Below are positions 10,005 through 18,360 of a stretch of DNA of 64,000 nucleotides, one piece after another. Location: the NCBI GenBank assembly GCA_000002445.1, contig CP000066.1, forward strand, positions 1,216,001-1,280,000. The letters run 5' to 3'. A program made the position numbers and the translations under genes. This DNA is from Trypanosoma brucei (lineage: Eukaryota). Position 1 is the first letter of the stretch, and each line of letters opens with the position of its first letter. The notes below the pieces were generated by a model. The model searched no databases. It was not told the origin of the DNA and saw only the letters and a program-made list of their open reading frames with translations.

Positions 10005-11540
10005 TCACATGGAAAAAGCGGATGACCATGTAAGACCAAATTTCACATGATCAAACAGGCGATTATTCCCATTCCTCCATGTAATGTTGCCACGCCCATC
10101 CACACCAACAGGTACACAAAAATTAAGTTCAAACCGACCGTTCGGCGTGACACCGAAAAGAGGAACCCTTGTCACGACAATACCAAAGCCTACAGACGCA
10201 GCACATGTACGAAACCAGCGGTATGTGTCAAAGAGTTCTGAAGACGAATTTACCATTCGAAGATTCCCGACATTACCGAATAAATGCATGGCTGCAAGAC
10301 CATTATTCGGAAAAAAGAGAAATGGAAAATTTACGCTGAGTGACGTCGCCCATAGCGCATTTCCTCCTGTTGCCGCAAAGTGACCACCCTCTCTCACGCC
10401 ACCGTCAACTGTCGACGGACCAACACTCCTGAACCCTCGAACGTGACATGACGACAGGAAAAGTCTGTCACTCAACGGTATCCTAGCCCGTTTGTATGAC
10501 CAAATCCCCGCAACTTTACTGTTCCATTGAACACTGCAAAAAGGGCCCAAGGGCCAGTACTTGGCAGTTTGAATTTCGGTCTTCAAGAAATTGAACCCAC
10601 CTCCGAGAGGACCACCCGCCAGCTCATTTTTCATGCTCAACTGGACGCCCTTTATGGGTAGCGGGTAGATGCCACACAGATAGGGGTCTGCATGATGCCA
10701 CACGTTAGAAACTCCCAACTCATGCCTGAAATAACCTTTGAAGGTCGTTCTAAAGTCCTGTAACATTTCATCAGGCAGATTCGTTCCTTCCCTCGATACG
10801 AGGAGCCTACGCTGAAATCCGATAGTGAATTCGGATAAAAGACCTCGCTTTTCATTTCTCGTGGTGGCTTTAACTTCGTCGATCCTTTCGTTGCTGGCAA
10901 GATGGTACATTTTATTTTCACTTCGTCGCCCCAAATAATACTCACCCGTTTGACCCAAATACGTAGCATTCGAAAGCATTGAAAGCGAAACCGCATGCGC
11001 TCGGGATGTAGGGGGAACGTAGCTTCCAGATAGCGAGTACCTACCACCTAAAATATTTTCCAGCGAAAGTGTTAACTCTGGAAGAACTGTTTCTGTTGTG
11101 AAGACTCCAAATGTCTTCTTAGGTTTAGCCTCCACAACGTCGATATGAACACAAACATCGTTAGATTCCCCATGAAATGTAGGCTCTAAATTGAAATCTA
11201 CCTTACTGAAAATACCCATGCGTGCCCATCGTGTTCTAGCTTCGTTCATATTGTTCGTAATGTCTTCAATGTTTTCAGACCGTTTAATTGCCTCGACATC
11301 ACGACTGATAACACGGGGATGAATGTTTTCAATGCCTCTGATGCGGACGTGTGTACGTATAGGAACGTTAAGCACCTTACCGATATCCTCTTCGCCTATA
11401 TAGACCTCTTGAGGAGGTACACTACTCTCGCTAGAAAAGGTCATACGATCCTCACAACTAGTGTCCCTAGGATAAGTAAACTTGTGTGTCCCTTGTAGGG
11501 GTTGAGAAAAAACTTTAGTGCACAGAAAATGGCAAAACAA
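10005..11540 (-). CDS. SAM50: SAM50/Tob55 (Omp85/bacterial surface antigen D15 family) mitochondrial outer-membrane beta-barrel assembly protein
   Basis: The N-terminal POTRA-like region (VLNVPIRTHVRIRGIENI) is followed by a long alternating-hydrophobic beta-barrel region. The motif DRLFLSSCHVRGFRSVGP matches the Omp85 RGF/loop-6 motif, and the protein ends in an aromatic-rich terminus. The true start is probably an internal Met (MTFSSESS...). Confidence 0.7.
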   Translation of the reverse strand: MFCHFLCTKVFSQPLQGTHKFTYPRDTSCEDRMTFSSESSVPPQEVYIGEEDIGKVLNVPIRTHVRIRGIENIHPRVISRDVEAIKRSENIEDITNNMNEARTRWARMGIFSKVDFNLEPTFHGESNDVCVHIDVVEAKPKKTFGVFTTETVLPELTLSLENILGGRYSLSGSYVPPTSRAHAVSLSMLSNATYLGQTGEYYLGRRSENKMYHLASNERIDEVKATTRNEKRGLLSEFTIGFQRRLLVSREGTNLPDEMLQDFRTTFKGYFRHELGVSNVWHHADPYLCGIYPLPIKGVQLSMKNELAGGPLGGGFNFLKTEIQTAKYWPLGPFCSVQWNSKVAGIWSYKRARIPLSDRLFLSSCHVRGFRSVGPSTVDGGVREGGHFAATGGNALWATSLSVNFPFLFFPNNGLAAMHLFGNVGNLRMVNSSSELFDTYRWFRTCAASVGFGIVVTRVPLFGVTPNGRFELNFCVPVGVDGRGNITWRNGNNRLFDHVKFGLTWSSAFSM

Positions 11541-11813
11541 ATTACTTTATGTAATTTTCGATGATATTTTCGGACAGAATGCTAATAGTTAACACGACAT
11601 TGTAAATCCAGGTATACATGCATTCATGCAGGAGCGTACATTAATATAATAGTAATAGAGGAAGCATACTATGATACGGCCGGTGGCCCTTACAAGGAAA
11701 CTAAAACTACGGCTTCCATCATTGCGAGAAAGCGTACTAGATACGTCACAATGATGGGGCTAAACATCTAACAACGAACCCGTCCTCCTCGCACGGTTAG
11801 GGAATAAAACAGC

Positions 11814-13331
11814 CTAATATGCTCTGCCTCGGTCAAGATTTGGAGGCGACCACTCATTAACGATAAGTTCGGGGAAAACATTAGGTTTCAAAGTTGAAGT
11901 ACCAAGAAGCATATTGACACACTCTTGGAACCCTTGGGTTATTGCAGGGTAAGCTGTATGGAGCTGACTCAGGTTATAAATCGATTCGCGATTATGAATT
12001 GCCAATGAAGCCAACTCAATAATGCTGCTTGCATGCGGTCCAACAGCTCGCACACCAAGAACCTGCATTTTGTGATCATTTGTAACGATAAGCTTCACAA
12101 AACCGCTCGTATTGCCCATTGCGAGGGCCCGACCCACAAATTCATAACCGTACCTGGCCACCTTGTATGCTATGTGTTCCTTCCTGCATTGTTGCTCATT
12201 GCGACCTACAGCGGCCACCTCCTGATCAAGAAACATAATCGTCGACAGATTGTCCAGGCGTTGAATAAGTTCTCCCTCCGGATATGGACGATACATATGC
12301 TCAATACAGGAACGCGCTTCCAACTCCCCAACGTTAACAAGCGCCACCCTTGAGCCGACATCACCACACGCATAAATATGCTTGTGTGGAACAACGCAAT
12401 AAAACTGGTCACGCTGGATTCGACCCTGCTTCAACTCAACACCGATTTTGTCGAGTCCAATGCTACCCACATTTGGATCCCTTCCTATTGAAACCAACGC
12501 CTTGTCGACCACGTGGTCTGTTAGCCTGTTGTCTCTCAAATCACGCAGCGTGTAACGGAATTGGCCGCCCTCCACCTTGTTGCTTTGCAAAGCAGAATGG
12601 TGGTGAAAATTGACCATCTTTGCCTCCAGGAGCTTCTGAACGAAGAGAGCAACATCATCATCTTCCATTGGCAATATTCGATTAGACTTTTCAATAACAT
12701 TTACTTCGGTAAGTCCAAAGTTCGCAAATATCGATGCAAACTCACATCCTATAACGCCAGCGCCGATAATGACAATGCTTTTCGGAAATGGTTGAGTCAT
12801 TATATCATCGGAAGTGAAGACAACCTCACCGTCGGCAATTACGGAAGCATGTTTACGAGGTTGAGCGCCGCACGCAATGACAAAGTAGTCGGCCCGTACC
12901 TCCTCAATGCCTCCACCCAACAGTTTAACATCGACACTGTGAGGTGACGTAAATGACCCATGACCACATATAACGTCAACGCTAACCTTCTCAAGCTGAT
13001 GAAGAATCTGGCCGTGACGGAACTCTGCTGCGCAATCTATTGATTTCTTAATATTCGAAAAATCAATACATGGGAGAGCTTGACGGCACTTCATAAAACG
13101 ATTGGCGGTTTGGCCGTTCATAAGGCGGACGAATTTTGCCATTTCCCATAACGTCTTCGACTGTAGCGCACCGTTCCAAAGGTCAGCACCTCCAATCCGT
13201 GATGACTCGATTATGCAAGCCCTTTTTCTATAATCCACAGCCCGCAACGCGGCGGCCACTCCTGCAGGTCCTCCCCCTATGACACAAACATCCACATTTT
13301 TCGCCCAGCTGAGCCGGGTTTTAGCAAACAT
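11814..13331 (-). CDS. Dihydrolipoamide dehydrogenase-like FAD/NAD(P)-binding oxidoreductase lacking the redox-active CxxxxC disulfide
   Basis: It has an FAD-binding GxGxxG (DVCVIGGGPAGVAAAL), a second dinucleotide fold (IVIIGAGVIGCEFAS) and a C-terminal dimerisation domain. A LipDH-like H...P...E block (LHTAYPAITQGFQE) is present. Where LipDH has GGTCLNVGCIPSK, this protein has GGADLWNGALQSK, so both active-site cysteines are missing. Confidence 0.75.
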   Translation of the reverse strand: MFAKTRLSWAKNVDVCVIGGGPAGVAAALRAVDYRKRACIIESSRIGGADLWNGALQSKTLWEMAKFVRLMNGQTANRFMKCRQALPCIDFSNIKKSIDCAAEFRHGQILHQLEKVSVDVICGHGSFTSPHSVDVKLLGGGIEEVRADYFVIACGAQPRKHASVIADGEVVFTSDDIMTQPFPKSIVIIGAGVIGCEFASIFANFGLTEVNVIEKSNRILPMEDDDVALFVQKLLEAKMVNFHHHSALQSNKVEGGQFRYTLRDLRDNRLTDHVVDKALVSIGRDPNVGSIGLDKIGVELKQGRIQRDQFYCVVPHKHIYACGDVGSRVALVNVGELEARSCIEHMYRPYPEGELIQRLDNLSTIMFLDQEVAAVGRNEQQCRKEHIAYKVARYGYEFVGRALAMGNTSGFVKLIVTNDHKMQVLGVRAVGPHASSIIELASLAIHNRESIYNLSQLHTAYPAITQGFQECVNMLLGTSTLKPNVFPELIVNEWSPPNLDRGRAY

Positions 13332-14712
13332 TAAAATTATTCGGTAAACCTGATACGATAGCAGGGAAATAATTAGCGGAAGTAAGAGTTTTTCTCAGGC
13401 AGAAGCGACAGAAAGTTAAAATACGCAGCTGAGGGTTATCGTAGAGAGTCAGATGAGCACATATATTTATCTTATGGGAAGTCAAATGGCACACACTGAA
13501 GGAAAGCAGCAACACAAACACCCTATTATACCACTTCCTTCCTCTCAGCGGTGCTTCTAAAACCATTCCCCTTCACTCCCTCCTCCTAGAGCGGACGCGA
13601 CCAGGTGCAAGAGAACGAGAAGGAAAGGCGCAGCGGGCAGATCTGGCCATCCGGACGAGAACACACTAAGCATCCTGACTGAAAACGGCGGTGCTAAGCG
13701 ACAGTGAAGGTGAAAAAAAGAACCACAACAGCAGTGTTACAGCAGACAGCGACACGCATGCAAATTTCGCTTTGCAAGTCAAAGGTAATGGGGAGCGAGG
13801 GGAGTTGGCAAGCGTCCACCGGTAGTGTGGAGCGCGAGGCCCGCGCAGTTCGCCCCACCCTCCATTAACCAGGCCAAACGAGCCAAACAAATCGAAAGGG
13901 GGAAAAGCACGACCACTCCTGAGAGCGACAATATTGCACCCAACCCTTCACACACATCCGTACGGAACCGGAGGCTGCATGAAATTCCGCCTACGGTCAG
14001 CCCAGCATCGGGAATATGGCTCAGCACCGCGCACCCAGCGGTCCCGCCCAGCCCCGCAATAATTCTAAGCAGCGGTCACCGCCCCGACGCCCCCATCACA
14101 TACTTCACCGTCCGAAAGCAAGGAAGCGGCCAGACGTACGTTCAGGCGGACGGGCGGCAACATAGCGCACAAAACCCGGGAGGGTAGTTCAACCGAAGGA
14201 AGCAGCTTCCTCCTCCCCCACCGGAGTCGACGTCAGCATCAAACGAGGAGGAAAACAAAGGAAGACCGGCACCATGCGGCCCCTCGAAAAGAGATATGTG
14301 CGGCGGGTGGTCAAAGCACCCGCGCAAGGAACATAATACTGCAAAGGGCTTTTAGCCCTTTAACGGGCGAGCACAGCCGGTCGGGTATATGACGACGGGC
14401 AAGGGGGCGGCGGATCTGTCCCTAAGAAACGCCGAAGCCATCTTTCACACTCCAGTGCCGCAACAACGCGGTTCCCCCGGGAGTGGGTGGGGCCCGTTTC
14501 TCAGCATGATTTTCCCTCGCCCGAACCCCACTTCGGCTCACTGACGAAAGCCTTTCCGCGCACAGACACCAACAAGAAGCACGACGCGGCAGAAAATCGT
14601 CACAGACGACCACGTAACGGTCTAGCGAACCACTTACACAGTTCCCTTCTTCGAGGGGTAATCCCTTCAGAGAGCCCCTCCTCAGCGGATATCACATAAC
14701 CAAGAGCCAGTT

Positions 14713-14858
14713 CAGTGTCTCACGCCCTTGTTTCCTGGGGGGAAAAAAGCATTGGGAGGGGGCGCGCTACTCGACTTCCCCGGCGCTGGTGGTGGTGACA
14801 AAGCGGTGCCCCCTCCCAATGCTTTTTTCCCCCCAGGAAACAAGGGCGTGAGACACTG
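14713..14858. repeat. Perfect 51-bp inverted repeat (arms 14713-14763 and 14808-14858) with 44-bp spacer
   Basis: The reverse complement of 14713-14763 (cagtgtctcacgcccttgtttcctggggggaaaaaagcattgggagggggc) is identical to 14808-14858. It lies in the ORF-free tract. Confidence 0.9.
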
Positions 14859-17296
14859 AGGTGAAGGAGAACCTTCTGGATGCCCCTCCGAAGTGACCTG
14901 CTAACGACCCCACCGAATAACCGCCTACAGACCCCACTAATAAGCAACTGCCGCACCTTTTCGTTTGGTAACTGTTGATGCGGAGAGTGCGTTTCAACCC
15001 CAACTCCATTTGGCCTGAGGAAGCGGAAAGCATCATTTTGAAGAGGAGAGAAATGTTGACAAGCGCTGTCGTTCTAAGAGGGCAGGCCTAAATACAGTCA
15101 CTATCGAAGGGAGGGGTCACCTGCATAGAGGGCAAAAAACAAATTTGTTCAAGGAAAACCAACCAATCCGAACGATTTTTGATTCTCAAGGGTAAAAAAT
15201 CATCGATACAGCATCACGGATGATATCTAAATTCTTCCTTCGCGCCGTAAAGGGAACCCATTTGGCATCTCTACTGACATTTTCACTGTGTATTCAAGTC
15301 ATCCGTTATTTGTTTATTTATTTTAGAAACGATACACACTTACAAGCGGAGCGCGGCGTCACGTTTTCACCTTAACTCAGCAAGTGCAGGCCCTCTACAA
15401 CCGGAGGTTTGGAAGGGGGCGTTTCGTTTCGTTTGTGCACACCATCCTGCAGGAAAGCATGCCCCTCCACCCTTTCGTACAAAGGTCCGCGCACCACATA
15501 CAGCAAAACCAAGGGTCGAGCCCCCTCCTCTCCCCAACACACACGTAACATTTCAACATGTCGCTGGAAAATGATGCCCAAGGGCAATATATTGGAGGAG
15601 ATCCATTCCTACCAGTTGGATCACCCGAACCCTAACAAAAGCCGGCCACCTTTCTGGGGAATCAGCCCTTGAGTCACCCTCGGCGGCGGATGCAGGTTCC
15701 CTCGAACGTCAGGGAGGAAATCTGCAAAAAAAAAATGTAGTTTTACTCCACAGATCTCTGAAGGTTGATCAAACACACCGCTGTTGAGTTTTCTTTCTGT
15801 TATACAAATGCCCATCGTTGGTGCCATAACTTTCGCCTCCCCAAAATGGAGTGCGCTCTGATGCCACAGGCGTTCTGAGTTCCGCATCCCTAGCAACGGC
15901 TCCCAACCTATTTTCCGCGTGAGGATGGGCACAATTTCAAGGTCACGCAGAGCATACGCCCATAGTGCCTCTTTATTCTGTTTTCAAGAACACTGCGTTC
16001 GCTGGGGGCTATTACCCACATTAGCTCACCCAGTGGTCTTTGTTCTTCGTCCTTCACTTGAAAAATATCACTCTGGGAGCGCCTTTCCATTTGAGGCGTG
16101 TAGTTGTGTTAATGACCGGTTTATCCGGGACTGTGAAAGAACAGGCTTTGCGATCATGATGAGGGAGGCTAAGATTGGTGTTGATGGGCGGAAAATTCCC
16201 TCGCGATGCCGGCCACCTCATCATGGGTCTAGGGTCCAGTACACCATCTCATCGGGTTAAGCCAAGAGCCAGCAGCGTTCTTCTCCAGGGTAACACTGCT
16301 CTGCCCGGCTGCGGCATCATACAGCACAGGGATCAGCAGCGTCTTGCTGGGACACCGCTTTTCATTTGTCGGTCCCTGGGTGTGTGCCAGTGTGCCATCA
16401 GCGGCAGAACGGATGGTGTTTTCCTTGAAAAAGCTGTGCGTCTATTTTTCCGCAACCGTTTCAGCACTGCGATGGAAAGAATATTGAAAAAAAGTGTTTA
16501 ACAACAAGCTTAAGAGGAAAACTCAGTGATGAACAGTGTTGGCGATGGTGGAATTGTCTGTGCTCGTTGATTGTTGTGTGCATTGTGCGAGTGATAAAAG
16601 CGTGTTTTATCTACATGTTTCTTCCGTGCGTTCGTTTCCTTCAATATTATGCACTCTAGCCTTTAGGCGAAAGCCTAAGCATCCGCGCAGTTTCCGCACA
16701 TACCGCAATTTACACTCGTTATTTTTGGTTGTGTACTCGTTGCCGACGGCTGGAAACTCTGAGTGTGAAGAAATCGGGAATCTCTGTGGGGCCCGTGCTC
16801 TTGGACGTAATCTCACCGTTTGTGAAAAGAGCGCCTTCATTGCGGAGATCGGGTGGCCTAGTGGAATGAAAATGGTCAACACGTACCACTTCCCCCACAC
16901 AGGGACAAAAACGTGGTAGTTCCAGAGAGCGATCTGGGCAACAAATATAACCTTGCACAAGGAAGCTCTTTTTCACGGCATGCGCAACTTTTTTCTTTGT
17001 TTGAAGGATGCGGGTGCAAAGTTCGAACAGGTACGTCAAAGGCTTATGCGGGATGTCACTCTGTCCTTCGAAGGACCTTTCTCGTTCCGATACCAGTGCG
17101 CCAAAAACGAAACTTACGCGGAAACGCCTCCACGCGCAAACCTCTTCTCGCGGCGCCAGCTGTTGGGGAGACGGCAACGTCAACTAAGTAAAGGCCTCAA
17201 ACCCGACGGCAGCGGAACGAAAACAGGAACCGACGCCACGCATTCGGACGCCAGCCCCGGCGCTGCTGACCCGTCTCTTTTGAAGCAACACAAATC

Positions 17297-17425
17297 AAAA
17301 ATTTAAATAACAAGAACTTTGTCACGAGGTTAATTTTTCTCTCCGGAGCGGTTGTTGATTTAGAGCAGTTGCCTGAAGTCATGGTTAAGGGGTTCGGTTC
17401 CCCGGTCATCTGTCGTTTTTTCCAT
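17297..17425. ncRNA. Candidate small-RNA/tRNA-like element ~100 bp upstream of tRNA-Ser(AGA); strand and identity unresolved
   Basis: On the plus strand, 17389-17421 reads GGGG-TTCGGTT-CCCC-GGTCATCTGTCG-TTTTTT, i.e. a T-arm-like hairpin, an acceptor-like 3' strand and a T6 terminator. I could not fold an anticodon arm, so it is not a canonical tRNA. Read on the minus strand, the same interval starts ~100 bp divergent from the tRNA 5' end, the spacing kinetoplastids use for tRNA-dependent pol III small-RNA genes. It ends at an Sm-site-like AAAUUUUUG (plus-strand A-run 17297-17301). Confidence 0.25.
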
Positions 17426-17523
17426 AAAGCGCTTTTCTCAGAGCCTTCGGCCGGCGTCGTGTAGCATACATAAATATAAGTACGTCAAATTTTAGTAAAT
17501 TTAGTAAAGAGGTCGGCGCACGT

Positions 17524-17604
17524 GTCACCATACCCAAGTGGTTACGGGGACTGACTAGAAATCAGTTGCGATCTCGCGCGCAGGTTCGAATCCTGCTGGT
17601 GACG
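17524..17604 (+). tRNA. tRNA-Ser (anticodon AGA), type II with long variable arm
   Basis: The cloverleaf was folded by hand. The acceptor is GTCACCA/TGGTGAC plus discriminator G. The anticodon stem is ACTGA/TCAGT with loop CTAGAAA. The variable arm is long. The T-arm is GCAGG-TTCGAAT-CCTGC. A T6 run follows at 17605-17610. Confidence 0.88.
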
Positions 17605-17610
17605 TTTTTT
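17605..17610 (+). terminator. Pol III T-run terminator (TTTTTT) after tRNA-Ser(AGA)
   Basis: A T6 run lies immediately 3' of the tRNA. Confidence 0.7.
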
Positions 17611-17809
17611 CGTCAATTCCCCGTGTTCCGCTGCTTTTGTCCAGTCAACTTTTTTCCGTAACAACAGCGATTGGGAATTGGGAAACGGTACGCGCACCAC
17701 AGGCCAGTTGTGACCACCAAGCAACACAGAGACGCCGCGGAGGACGGACAGCGTTGGGCAACACCGCTCCGAAGGGTGAAAACAATCAGCCGATTTGGGT
17801 GCGAAAAAG

Positions 17810-17891
17810 TGACAAGAGTGGGGTTTGAACCCACGCCTACGAATAGAAGAGAACTTGAGTCTCCCGCCTTAGACCACTCGGCCATCTTGCC
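17810..17891 (-). tRNA. tRNA-Leu (anticodon CAA), type II
   Basis: The minus-strand sequence is GGCAAGATGGCCGAGTGGTCTAAGGCGGGAGACTCAAGTTCTCTTCTATTCGTAGGCGTGGGTTCAAACCCCACTCTTGTCA. The anticodon loop is CTCAAGT, the variable arm is long, and the T-loop is TTCAAAC. It is followed on the minus strand by C+T5 (plus-strand A-run 17804-17808). Confidence 0.88.
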
Positions 17892-17950
17892 ATCGACGGC
17901 CACAACAGATTTGTTTTAGACACTTTTTTTATTTATGCAATGCCAAAAAC

Positions 17951-18031
17951 CGTCACCAGCAGGATTCGAACCTGCGCGCGAGATCGCAACTGATTTCGAG
18001 TCAGTCCCCGTAACCACTTGGGTATGGTGAC
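17951..18031 (-). tRNA. tRNA-Ser (anticodon CGA), type II; identical to the Ser(AGA) gene except position 34
   Basis: The minus-strand sequence equals the 17524-17604 tRNA with a single change in the anticodon loop (CTCGAAA vs CTAGAAA). A T5 run follows on the minus strand (plus-strand A-run 17945-17949). Confidence 0.88.
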
Positions 18032-18112
18032 ACCGCCTCGCCACCACCTCTCAAATGCGTTACCCTTGCACAAGCGATCGATGCCGTGATTTTTTTGTGC
18101 GTTTCTGTGCGA

Positions 18113-18360
18113 TGCGGAGTGTGAAGCGGTTGGTGGTGGTTTGCCGTCCTCCAACGGACGGCCGCCAGTCACTTGTCGTATGAGCCGATAAAGCTGCGCC
18201 GGAGTTTTCCTGGAAGTCCTCTCTGAACAATATAACTGTGGGATGTGGACGCAGAAATTTGTAGGGCTTAAAGTCACGGCGTCAAGTTGCAGTGCCAGTC
18301 GTTGATGGGCGGGCCACCATCGGATAAGAAGGGTGGGGGACACTACGCGCCACAGAACAG
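18113..18360 (+). ncRNA. Candidate structured GC-rich RNA element divergently positioned ~95-100 bp from tRNA-Ser(CGA) 5' end
   Basis: The hairpin GCCGUCC-UCCAAC-GGACGGC lies at 18142-18161. A long-range complement pairs GGUUGGUGGUGG (18129-18140) with CCACCAUCGG (18314-18323). A TTTT run is at 18204-18207. I looked for the SRP-RNA helix-8 AGCAG/GNRA signature and did not find it, so the identity is unknown. Confidence 0.2.

Noticed and set aside
17330-17421. Canonical tRNA (or tRNA-Sec) call for the T-arm/acceptor/T6 module
   Set aside because: No anticodon stem-loop and no complementary 5' acceptor strand could be folded within 100 nt upstream, and the T-loop has G at the A58 position. It is retained only as a tRNA-like candidate.
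17933-18343. 136-aa minus-strand ORF spanning the tRNA-Ser(CGA) gene and the GC-rich element
   Set aside because: It overlaps a bona fide tRNA gene and a structured GC-rich spacer. Its composition reflects GC-richness rather than coding.
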